Source: Mytilus californianus (lineage: Eukaryota). From it: a stretch of 64,000 nt of DNA. The stretch is taken from positions 2,542,001 through 2,606,000 of the forward strand of contig NW_026262701.1 of the NCBI RefSeq assembly GCF_021869535.1, read 5' to 3'. Under the pieces are notes generated by a model. That model was not told the DNA's origin, made no database searches, and saw only the letters and a list, made by a program, of their open reading frames with translations. Within the stretch, counting starts at the first letter, position 1; the number at the start of each line of letters is the position of its first letter. Positions 1 to 13,500 of the stretch are shown here, one piece after another. The position numbers and the translations under genes were made by a program.

Positions 1-1000
1 AGTTAGAAATTCGGAAGTTTGTGTTATTTTCTTTGATTTTTGTTTGTGTGTGTGAATTGGTGTAAAAAAACATATGATACCCTTATTCGAGCATACGTCA
101 CTTGTTTCTGGAGTAACTTAACATTCATCAGGTACGGCAATCTCAGGACCAAAAGTTTTGATAGCTAATTAAAAGATTGAAAGCATGAAACAAGTGGTAT
201 ACCTCGAAACCCCAATTTCAAAGAAATCAATTCACATCATAGAAGCCAAGATAAATATATTTACAAAATTTGTTGTTGAAGAAAGCGGATCTGTGACATG
301 GCTTTTTATTAAAGCTTATAGAACTTACATTCGTAGGCGTTGATAAGACTTACTGTAAATATCTTATCAAACCTGAATACAAATGTTATACAAGATTTGC
401 AAATTATTCCAACGGTTTTAATGCATCTGCCTGAATGGGCGTCATAATGAAAACAAGATCGTACTTCCCAATTTAAGTTGTTAATATTGATGCACCTTAG
501 CTTGTTTGCTATGCAAATAATATAACAAAGCTTGTCATGGGATTCCATTTTAAATCAAATATCTGTATTTGGAATTGTACCATAGTGAATCTCTACATTT
601 ATGTGAGAAAAAAATGGTTAAATCTTGACCGAATTAATGAAATTTCTTTTTGATAACAGTAAAGATTACCTATTGTCTTATCCTTTATCCTACACTAACT
701 GGTTATACCAACCTATAGATTCTAACGCAAATGATATGTAGACGTCATCTCATTGATATTGCACTCTTCAGGTTTTGTTTTTAAACAAGACATTTTATTG
801 TGCCTCTAAATAAAGTTTTTATACATTTATTCCGATACAATTTTAATTAAGTTAATTGTTATATATCAAGACGATTGTGTGTGTGTGTTTTGTTTTGCTT
901 TGTGTTGTTGGTTTTTTCTTCCAAACTTTTTAATTTCTATATTTTAACTGTACTGTTTAGAATCTCCATGTTTAATATCTACTTTTTATTTGTTTGTCAG

Positions 1001-1564
1001 GATGTGATACAAAGGCAGATATAACTTTTATAGTTGACACATCAGATGATGTGGGGAAAGACAATTTTCAAAAACAGTTATCTTTTTTAAAACAAACTGT
1101 GAACAATATGAAGATAGCGCCGGACAAAACTCAAATAAGTGTTGTGACGTTTAGTTCTGGTGTTTACAACCAGTTCTTTTTAAATGCTTATGCATCAAAG
1201 GCGGATGTGCTAGCCGCGATTGACAGAATTCCTTATATTTCTGGTCGGACGCATACATCCGATGCATTAACTTACGTCACTCATACGTCATTTAACCCAA
1301 TTCACGGAGCAAGAAGCAATGTTCCTCATATCGGCGTTCTAATAACTGATGGGCCTTCAACGGCCAAGGATTTGACAAAAATTCAGGGACAAGTTGCAAA
1401 GGACAACAATATAATTATGTATGGAGTTGGAGTAGGTTCGGGAATAGATATGGACGAACTGTCCTCAGTAAGCAGCAGTCCAAGTCACAGATATATGTTA
1501 ACAGCAGAAAACTATGGTGCTTTGAATTCACTTTCAAGTTCATTGTCGACGAAGTTGTGCAATG
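1001..1564 (+). CDS. Exon 1: VWA domain 1
   Basis: tgtcag|GATGT...AATG|gtaaga; ADITFIVDTSDDVG...GRTHT...VLITDG, a typical VWA fold pattern; 564 nt, phase 1-1. Confidence 0.95.
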
Positions 1565-4500
1565 GTAAGATATAACACAATTCCTGTTATAAGATTACGA
1601 AACTGTTTTACGATCTCTTTTCACAGTAGTTTGTACACCAGATAAAACAATTTTTTATTCAAGTCTTACCACATAGAAGACGCTTCAAACAAAATACATA
1701 AAGAGGTGCGTCTAATTTAACTGGTATTGACTTTCATATTAGGGTCAAAATCCAAAAGTTGGTATCAATATCTTTCAGAATATTAAATATTATGAGTTTT
1801 AATGTATAACTTAAGGATTTTTCATCTATAGCAATGCTATTATCCGCTGCATACATGGCTGTTGCTGGTGAAGATAAATTTGATACATGGATGCAAATTT
1901 ATATGTTTTCGTAAAATTTAGTTTCCTTCATATTCAGTTGTTTGATAAAAACTCAAACAATCTCTCGAATCTTTCTTTGCAGTTTGCAGTTTTGTGCCTT
2001 TTTAAGCATTTGTAATTTGTTTACATCTTCAAAAGTACGACAAAATTTTATTAGAACCTCAAGTCTTTCTTAAAATAGACCTGAAGTGAAAATATGAGGA
2101 AATGTGTCCCACATTGCACCAGTAAGATGATGTTTAATAAGAAACAATCTAAAAGAAATTGTAGGAGGTGACAGCTATGTTTATTTGTAAGAATGTACTA
2201 GTATATATTTTTGCGCCCGCATGTGGCAGGTGTGCTCGGCTCCAGTCTTAATTGGCTAAGATTGTCAGATTTACTGCCGATTATCGGTAATTCTCTCCGC
2301 GCACTCCGGCTTCCTTCGCCAACAAGAATTGACTGCCACGAATAGTGCTGAAAGAGGCGTTAAACAACAATCAATCAATCAATATATTTTTACAGTTATC
2401 AAATTAGATTATTGGATTTTAAGACAAGGATTTTGATCCCTGAATAAAAGTACTCGTTTGTCAACATTTCAAGAACTGCAAACCATGCTTGTTGGTCGTT
2501 TATTGCTTAATCGTTGGGACATACGCCACATGTACACTGCTAGAAAATCACACAATCACTTTGTTTTCTGATAGTTTTATCAATGTTAATTTAATTTAAA
2601 TTTTAATTTCATAAGCTCTGGTGTTATTGACAGTGATTACAAATAGGTTAAAGAATTTAATGTTACCTTTCAGAGTTGCCATCAAATCCAAATCAACTGC
2701 CACCTCCAACATGTAAGTATGTCACGTGACACAATCATCAAACTGGTTCAAACTTAAAGTCGTACGGCCCGAACATGCATGAAATAGTTGCCACTGGACG
2801 TTTAGCAATCAATCAATCAAACAAATCTGAATATGGAAACGTTGAGATATATTCCAGACTTAAAATCTGTTCAATATGACAATAGCATATCTCTTTACGT
2901 AGAAAAAAGTACCAAGCATAAGGTACATGCATGCAGTATTATTTGATGCATTTCAAAGTAAACTTTATTTTTGTAAATTAAATAGTTTCCACAAAAAAGG
3001 AGGCGGAAAATACCATGGGCATATTTAAAACTCATAAGTCCAACATCTGATAAAAAAAATATTCATCATGGCATAATGAGTTTTCTATTAGCAATTTAGT
3101 TTTTGTCAGATTTTAGTATTAAGAATATTGTTATCTATTTACATATTAAACTTTCTTTGGGTTTTACTTTCAACGGTTTAAGAGGTCAAATTAAGCAGCA
3201 GATATAGCCATTATTCTTTATAACTTTTTTTTGAATTTATTTTCCTTTTGTTCTCATGTTGAGTTGTTTTTGTACTTTAGTCTTTGTTTGTTGGTATAAC
3301 AAAGATAAACATAAAAACAAATACGTGTTTGAATTCATGAAAATAATAGATAAGAAAGACTAGACAGGCTTTTGCGTCATAAAACATCTTGACATTTTAT
3401 TCTTATCACACCCTAGATATTACAACATTCTTTTACACCACAAATGTGTTTGTTTTTGCATATATTTTTATTTTGTTTTTTTCAAATGCTTACTAGGTCT
3501 GTATGTTTCTAATATATTTTTATCTCATCTGTTTGGTATATATTAACATTACTAGATTAAAATATAACTTTACGAGTTTTTTTGTTGATTTTTTAAAAAT
3601 ATATTCTGAACAACTTTTTGCCTTAGCTATATAAATTACTTTCTGTTTGTTTAACGTTTCCAATTCATTTCAAAGTTTCCGCTTTGTCATTTTCATTATT
3701 GCACAATCGTTGTATATAATTTTAGAGGCAATGTACAGTTATCAACTATTTTCTTTACTTGAACCAAGCTACTGAAAAGTATACGACTGAGTCAAAACAT
3801 TATTATTGAAATAATGTCAAAAGTTAAGTGCAATAAGTTTAAAATCTATGGATATTTTTGTCGAAAATATAAAAACTTATATTTTTTGAAGTTTTTTTTT
3901 CATATTCCATTTCAGCATGCTTGCATAAAGCCGATCTTGCTTTTCTGGTTGATTCCTCGTCGAGTGTTGGTTCAGGAAACTTTCAGAAACTAGAAAACTT
4001 TTTGAAAAATGCCGTCACAAAGCTTGACATCGGGAAAGATAAAGTACATGTTGGATTAATGCAATACAGCAGTTATCCTTCTATGCAGTTTCCACTTAAC
4101 ATGTATACAAACAGAGGGGACACACTAAAAGCCATTGAAGGGATGCAATTCATGGGTGGTGACACTAATACAGGAGATGCAATACAGAACATGCGCCAAC
4201 AAATGTTCTCTCAAACCGGTGGCGCAAGAAACAACGTTCCTCGCATTGCCATTGTAGTGACCGACGGCGGTTCTTCTAATAATGCAAAAACTACACAACA
4301 AGCCGATGGTGCCAGACGTGATCACATTGGTCTGATATCTGTAGGTGTTGGGTCAGCTGTCAACTCCTATGAACTTCAGCTCATTGCTGATGATCAGACA
4401 AAGGTCGTCAAGGTCAATAGCTTTGACCAGTTAGAGCAAGCAGTGGATCAGATTCTTCAGAAAGCATGTACTGGTAACTATAATGTTTATCTTTTTTAAA

Positions 4501-7500
4501 CTGCAAAGTTATATACATATATATGTATATAAACAGACTATCGATATGTCTTTATGTTTATTATGATTAAATGCTAATCAATTTTGTTCTTTTGAATGTA
4601 TGATTACTTAATCAGTAACTCGCTGTTGAATAAGAATAATAATTTGTTTTTCCTTTATTATACTATGACCAAAGTCTGATTTTTCCAAAAAGCTAAATGC
4701 GCCCTAAATGTAAAAAGTATTATAACTTTTACCTAATGATGATTGGTTACCTTGTGTATCTTTATTTTATAGTTCAGTCAACAGTAGCACCAACAACAGC
4801 AGGTAATTCTATGTTTATTCGTTTAAATCCATGAACATCATTATTATTGAAATAACTTCGTCATTCATATATTCATGTATCATGCATTTGAAGAAACTGG
4901 TTCGCATGTATTTTTTAACGACTTCAGAAAATAAAACATTGAACTTGTTATTATATACATATTATGGTCTTTTACATTTCGAAGTTCTAACCCTTCATAA
5001 TTGTGACTTTCTTAAGTTTTGGTTACATCCGAACCTGGTGAATGCCAATTGACTGCAGCGAAATTTTGCCATGTCAGTTCCGATGCCTGATATGACCGCT
5101 TATAGTGCATCTCGTGGAATTTTATGGATGAAAAGCAATATAAAGTTATACGATTGAGCAATATTCAGTTAAAGTTGTATGCACGACGTGCTATTACTTT
5201 ATATGTGCATGAACGACAGGAACTTAAAATGGCCAATGTACCAAGCTAACAATATGTTTATACAATGATGAATTTGACATTCATCTTAAAAGTACATGAT
5301 CGATTGAAGTACGAACAAAATACTGAGTCTGAAATGATGATAAACTGATACATCATATTCCATATTAGTTCCGATAACACACTGAGCTAGATATGAGATC
5401 CTTGATTAACGTCATGGGTAGAAGAAAAATGATGTGATGAGCGCTCCTGTCTTTTCGATCAACATCGACTCGGGTCTGTTAATATCATCTTGCACGGGTC
5501 TACATGGGAGATTGGTACGTGAAACGAGTAAAACAGATGTTGACAGATATTGAACTATCATAAACAAATTTTAAGAAGTTTATATCATTTATTCTTTAAA
5601 GAAATTATCTATCTATTGAAATTGAATCCAGTCGCCAATATCAACGCATCAAACAAATTCCTTGCTACTTAGTGGCCAATATTTGCTTTTCCAATATTTT
5701 GAAAATTGAAAAGTAAAAATACGACTTTCTTTATAGCATTAGGTTTGGGATTTCGTAAACTACCATCATCCAAAAATTTAAGATTAAAAGTTTATTACTT
5801 CCTCGTGAAATACTCTCGGTGAACTCATTCCGTCATAGTGTAACCTTATTTGAATATATAACTAATAGACCAATTACTAAATGAACCGAATGATGGTGTG
5901 ACAAGTTTTTATTCACTTCAATTTAGAATAATAGCCATTTTTATGATGTATGCTCAATCAAAGCTTAAGGTCTTTTTTACACAAATAAAACAAACCAGCT
6001 TGAGGGATTTATATGAAAATGCACATTAAATTTGCGATAACAAGTAATTATGTTGTAACTATAGAGACTATAAAAGAAAAAAAACGTGTATAAACTATTT
6101 CAGGAGCTACCAGTGCGCCTACAGCTTGTCAAAATAAACTAAATAACTGCAATTCTTATGGACTGTCTGTGTGTACACAATATCAACCATGGGCCAAGGA
6201 TAACTGTCAAGAGTACTGTGGTTTCTGTGTTAGTAAGTGTCTTCATTTATAAATATGTTTTAATTGTGAGAATAGCAAACTTATGGTTTTCTGTGCTTTA
6301 CTTATAAAACTATCTCTCTTTATTCATAAATTTGAATAAGTATGAATTGAATTAAAGTATGAATTGTACGGTATATAGTTTTCTATGTTGTGATGTTATA
6401 CTTTTGTTTCAGAAAAGGGAGAAGGTTTGGTACCATTAAAACGTTTAATCCCGCTGCAAATGTTTGCACCTGTCCTAGGTCAGGAATCTGATTACAGTAG
6501 TTGTCGTCTGTTTATGTAGTTCATACGTGTTTCTCGTTTCTCGTTTTTATATAGATTAGACCGTTAGTTTTTCCGTATGAATGGTTTTACACTAGTAATT
6601 TTTTTGGGGCCCTTTATAGCTTGCTGTTCGGTGTGAGCCAATGCTCCGTGTTGAAGGCCGTACCTTGACCTATAATGATTTACTTTTATAAATTGTAACT
6701 TGGATGGAGAGTTGTCTCATTGGCACTCATACGACATCTTCCTATATCTATATAAAGTATAAATGAAGAGATATGATTTTAATAACTTGATCCATTTCTT
6801 CTGCAGCACCTAAACCAACATGTGTAGATAAATTAACAAACTGCTTTGCCTATGGTAAATCATCTTGTACACAATATTCAGAGTGGGCACACCAAAATTG
6901 TCAACAATACTGTGGATTCTGTGGTATGTTATTAATTCTTATGGAACTTATTGTCTGGAAATACGGGAAATGACATTGTTATACATATATAACCCAAACT
7001 CAATACCATATGTAACAAACAGTTGCAACTTTCTTTTGCAAAACTTTTTAAAATGTTCGTGAAAGTCATACTAAGAATTTCGATAATGAATATTAAGTTA
7101 AGTGGTGGCATGAATATAATGGTCAGAGAACTATGCCGTCGGAGTAAATTGAGTAAAAAGCTAATGTGTTAAGTTTAAACATTGACTTTGACGGGACTCT
7201 ACTTTTGATGGTACGGATCAAAAATTTGTTTGAACGGAAAAATAACTTTGACAATCAATAATTAATATCTGATCATTGATATTAATCTATATGTTGTTTT
7301 TTTTTTTTCACAGCTGCAGCCGCTGTTACGTCAGGATTTTGTAAGTGACATTTTTCTTGTACATTATGTGGCTTTGAAATATTCAGTTTCAATGAAATAA
7401 CTGTTCGTATGCCGGTAATTTCAATATTTAAATTTTTTTTATGATAGGGACTTTTAAAGTTATTCTGATATAAGTCTTAAAACGCAATATATACAAATCT

Positions 7501-10500
7501 TGCCCAACCGCGTTGGCAATTCCCGCACAGTGTAGCGTCATGCGCGATGATTATGAAATTCAGGGATGTTCGACTGAATATTTCAGATTAGTAAATACAA
7601 TAGCCAAACAGGTGTACTCCTAACAACACAATTATTATATTTAAATTTACCTGTGTACGTTACTTTATTTAAAGACCAAACAGCCTATTGTTGATGCGCA
7701 TCAACTAACGCAACTTGGTAGTGACATAAAAGCTCTATGACGTTGTTTTTAGCCATGAAAAAAAACGTCAAATTATAACGTCCTATTTCGCGTTATTCAC
7801 GGATTCCAACATGGTGTACGCTTAAAACTACGTCTTCCAAGAAAAGTGGAATTAAGCGTCGCGCTGATACCTAGTGGAAATTAAACACAAATGGACACAA
7901 AAGATACTACACTATCTGTAACCTCCGTTCTAATAAAAATAGTAATAAAAATATAAATTTTTAACTCGGCTTTTTGCATTTGCGCCGATCTGCATTTCAC
8001 TTTTTTTCTTTCACTTGCGCCGATTTTGTCTTTCATTTGCGCCGATTGTGTACAGGTAAATTATAGGTGAAAGTTATTGTTTTATTTATCATAAAAACCT
8101 CTTCCGTTAGCCAGTTGTACATATGTTATGAATTGTCAATTACAACATGTATATAACTGTTGTCCCCTGCTCACAAAGGGGAGGTGGGAGTAGAATTTCG
8201 AGCAGAATAAGTCAATTTAAAAGATATTTGTGCACTCTGTATACATCTACTAAAATCACGGAGTAAAATTCTATTTACAGCATTTCAAAGCACCGCAATA
8301 AAATCCATAAAAATGTAATACTAGTACAATGAATTATTATCTTGCCGAGAATTTTTATGCCACACATCTGATATATTCCTTTCTTGTCATTTCATCTTTT
8401 CTATGCTTGTTGTACTTGCCAACAACGAAGTCCATCTTTTCTTTCTCGTGTCAAAACGAAGTTCTCGAACAATATGACCAAAATTATCTTAAACATAAGG
8501 GAACACTGTTTATATCCATATATTACCATGCAATATACATTCTAGGTTTACTACATTTACATGTATTTACTCGTATAGCAAATATAGTATCGGGGCTAGT
8601 GATAAAAAAAATAAAATAGGCGCTAATGAAAGAATCAAATCGGAGCAAATTAAAGATCGATTTTTTTTTTTAATCGGCACAAGTCTCGTACGCCCCTGTA
8701 ACTTTACACTGGTAAATTTATATGACTTACGCTTAGAACTTTAACTTAATATGTGATTTTCAAAATTGAGTTTTCAGAAGGTTAGGCCGATAAACAATAC
8801 TTTCTATAAGTTTCGATATACTGGCAACGTATGCATGTTGAGATTAACTTATTTCTTTAAGATTCTCGTAAAATAATGGTGATCTTGCAACGAAGTTAAA
8901 TTTTATCTATACTGCTTAATTGACAAAATCTTATAGTAAAAATAAAAATGATAAAGGTTCATTGTCATTTGTCATTTGTTTCATTTCAAATTGTCTCAAG
9001 GAGAAATGATAAAGATTTCGCCTGATCTCACAGAAGTTTAAGGCAAAAAATATAAGAAATTAATATACTCAGTGAATGTGAATTAAAATCAAAATTTACG
9101 GTTTTTAAAACTAAACTTGTTGTAAATTTAACTTATGACAAAAACAATTGCTTCAAGAATAAGATCCAACATAAAATTTCTCACTTTCAAAAAGCTACAA
9201 TGACCGGAAAGATTGAATACAAATTTCGATTTTCAATGCCGGCAATCTATACATACCTTGTCTTTGTTTTAATTTCCAAAATGAGCTATTTATAATTAGA
9301 TTTATAATATTTCATCCTGTTTTGAGAAATACTTTATAGTTTTCAACGGAAAATTATTTCTTAGATTCTAAATCAATTTTTGAATTAAAAATTTATTTGT
9401 ATTTTGTATTTACTGTCTCGTTTATTCAAAACACGTAAGGTAGTAATAACGGGGATCGTATTTTATGATAGGTTAAATGGATGTAAAACGTTTTAGGATC
9501 AAAAACTTTTAATTCATATATTATACCTATAATTTTGATTTTCTTATATCTTAAATATTCAAAAATAATGAATCCACAAACTAGATGGAATAATTTGTAT
9601 ACGTCCGTCTTGGTCGGGACACATAATGGCATAAAAAGTCCGTCCGTGCTAATGTGTCAACAGTAGCGAAAGAGTGCGCTAGGGCAAAGTTCTGAAATTG
9701 ACGAGACAAAAAACCCCACACATCTAGTTTAATATAGTCAAATAGTTTGTTAGTTAACCAGTGTCAACTTTCATTTCTCTTTTTGTTTTCAATGATTTTG
9801 CTAATGAGAGGGAGAGGACAAAAACAGACTTTCCTTTCTAAAGCGTCGTAAAAGGTTATTTCGAACAATTTTTCATTCCGACGGATGGTGTTTCTGAAGG
9901 TTAATTTTGTGCGGCAACACCATCATGAGATCTGATACTGATACATAAATGTGATCTCTTGTATTACCGGATAATAAAGTAAGTTAATATAGTTGTTATT
10001 TTTGATTCTTGAAAATTTAAATGTAGGTTTCAAACGTCCAATTTGCAATTTTTTTTCAAATAGTGCGCCAGCAAGGAAAACTTGTACTATGACGTCAGAT
10101 TCAATGTTCTGAAGAAAGACAACTCTTTTCTTTAAAACGAACGAGAAAAAAACATGAAAATTAATCATAACTTTAGGTCGGTGACATATACATTTTTTGG
10201 TTTTATTCTGAAGAGTACACATGGCACTTTCCTTCTTGAAATTTTTATGAAAAAATCACTGGTAGATATTTTTTAATACTTGAAACGTTTTTCATTCTTG
10301 CGTTTTGTTTTTGGCGGGAATGAAATAAATCATATTTTTTAAGATCAAAACAATAAGAGTCTTAAACTCTTGAACCTGTATTTGATAGACACAAATCTAC
10401 TGTTTAACATGAAACAAGAATTACGCTTGTAGGTTTGATATAATGGGATTTTTTGAGAGTTTAAATAACAAGCAAATATCATGTTAATATTCGGGAAAAC

Positions 10501-13500
10501 ACGAAACTGAGGTTGCTATAGTGACAAAACTAAGTCGGTGACCCCCAATATTTTTTCTCATATTTTGTTCCTCAAATCATGAAATACCTTCACACAAAAT
10601 TTTAAGGAAAAATCACTGGTAGAACTGAATAGGCTGTTTGGTCTTTAACGCCATTTTGTCCTAGGTTAAAGTTGTCTTTTTGACATTGAAACATCTTTTT
10701 AGCTCACCTTTCCAAATGAAATGTGAGCTTTTGTCATCACTTGGCGTCCGTCGTCGTCCGTCCGGTGTAAACTATTTCAAACATCTTCTCCTCTGAAACT
10801 ACTGAACCAATTCCAACCAAACTTTAATTGAATGATCCTTAGGGTATCTTGAAAAAACTTTGTGTTTTATTTTCTGTTTCGTCAAAAAACATGGCCGCCA
10901 TGGCTAAAAATAGAACATAGGGGTAAAATGCAGTTTTTGGCTTATATCTCAAAAACTAAAGCATTTAGACATGGGGTAAAAATGTTCATTAGGTCAAGTT
11001 CTATCAGCCCCGAAATTTTCAGATGAGTTTAACAACCCATTGTTGGGTTGCTGCCACTAAATTGGTAATTTTAAGGAAATTTTGCAGTTTTTGGTTATTA
11101 TCTTGAATATTATTATAGATAAAGATAATCTGTAAACAGCAAAAATGTTCAGCAAAGTAAGATCTACAAATGCAGTTTTTGACTTATATCTCAAAAACTA
11201 AAGCATTTAGAGCAAATCAGACAAGAAGTTAAAGTATTCATTAGGTCAAGGTCTACCTGCCTTGAAATTATCAGCCAAATCGGGTATCTGATTTTTAGGC
11301 TATTGCCCCTGAATTGATGATTTTAAGGAAATTTTGCAATTTTCGGTTATTATCTTGAATATTATTATAGATAAAGATAAACTGTAAACAGCAAAAATGT
11401 TCAGCAAAGTAAGATCTACAAATAAGTTTTATATGACCAAAATTGTCAATTGACCCCTTAAGGAGTTATTGTCCTTTTAAGACAATTTTTCACAATTTGT
11501 TCATCTAGTTTGCTTACTTTAAAAAATCTTCTCCTTTGAAACTGCTGAATCAATTTCAGCCAAACTTAGGCTGAATGAGTTTCAGAGTATCTAGTATAAA
11601 TTTTGTATTTTATTTCATTGTACGTCAAGAAACATAGCCACTGTGGCTAAAATGGAACATCGGGGTAAAATGCATTTTTTTGCTTTTGAAGAAAATATGA
11701 CAGACACAAAGAACATTTAAATGGCATTTTTAAGCCACTCATTAATATATATTGAAAAGAAAAAATAATCATTGATGAAAGATTTAAGCAACAAAAAAAA
11801 AAAGGTGAGCGATTCAGGCTCTTGAGAGCCTCTTGTTTATTTATATTGTGTCATAGATCAAACTTATTCGTTCAGTGTATATTTACTTGTTTTTGTGTAT
11901 TGTCTTTTTGATCGAGTTAAGCCATTTCAATTGATATTTTATTGTGTGTCTTTTTATGTTGTAATGTTATACCACTGTTTCAGGTTAGGGTGAAGGTTGG
12001 CGCCTGTTAAAATGTTTAAACCCGCTGCATTTTTATGCACCTGTCCTAAGTCAGGAGCCTGTTGCTCAGTGGTTGTCGTTTGTTGGTGTGGTTCATAAGT
12101 GTTTCTCGTTTCTCGTTGTTTTACATAGATTAGACCGTTGGTTTTCCTGTTTCAATTGTTTTACACTAGTCTTTTTGGGGGCCCTTTATAGCTTGCTGTT
12201 CGGTGTGAGCCAATGCTCCGTGTTGAAGGCCGTACTTTGACCTATAATTGTTTACTTTTTACACATTGTGACTTGGATGGATAGTTGTCTCATCGGCAAT
12301 CATACCACATCTTCTTATTTATATATATATATGAATAGGTTTGTTAATATATATATATGTATATCCGTAGTAGTGTTGATCTCTTTTATTCAAACTATAT
12401 GTCTATTGTCTATTGTTTTCACCAGTTCCTGTGTCGTTGACCTCACATCTCCTTTTATTTTAACAACTAGACTGTCTCTTTGACACATTCCCTGTTTCGA
12501 TTCTCTATTCTAATTTAGATGTTTGGCATAGCGAAATTTGTCGGGTTAGAATATTTATTTTCAAATTCTAACTAGACAGAAAATTTATTTTTAGTAATAT
12601 TTATATTATATTATTAATTCAGTGGCGTAATCGTGGAACAAACTTCTGAAAGTGACACTGAAGCAAAACAAAAAGCTTTTCTCTATAAATTATTATTACA
12701 GTGTAGAAGTTATTCAATATCCTCCTTCATTTTCGTTTTTAATTTCAATATTTTTCACAAAAAGTGTTGGAGCAAAACTCCCACCCCTGGATTCTACGCC
12801 AGTTTAATTTCTTGCTATTCTATAATAGGCGTCATATTCACAAGTTTGTTTTCTTTCTAGTTCGGTCACAATAAAATTGAGAATGGATATTCGTTTTCAA
12901 CTTTATGAGGCCGACATATTTAAAAATACCAAATACGTCCAGCCCCTACAGAATAAAAAAAAAAATATTTGAGACTATGCATTGTTATTGCTACAAAATT
13001 GTTTCAAACCTAGATTTGCACATATTCTTGAAAGTAAGCATTAAATGTACGTTATTGTCTACTATATAAACAGACACATGTCTGGTTCGCTGTTATTTCT
13101 ATTACTATTATTAGCGCCATATTTGAATCGTCTGCACAGTGTCAGTGTCCCACCGTTTTCGAACACAGGAGTAAGAACTGGTAGTTTTAGACAATAATCA
13201 ATTCTTATGCATATATGAGGGGCCTGATGGGGGTGTCTCATCACGATTCACGAGTTGATTTTTTTGTCAATCACGATTCACAGAAAATAAATTTCCATGA
13301 TCACGGATCACGAAAATATAAAAAAAAAAAAATCTGTAGAAAAACGGATCACGAAAGCGAAAATGCGCCGATCACGAAGAACGAAAATAACCCATCAGGC
13401 CCCTCATATATATGTCCTCAGGTGTTGATTTGTTTAGGATTCATCTGAATGCAATGACAAACAAGGGGAATTATATCGAAACAAATGTTTACAGATGATA

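Noticed and set aside
309-548. 79-aa minus-strand ORF
   Set aside because: No recognisable motif or splice context; the length is expected by chance.
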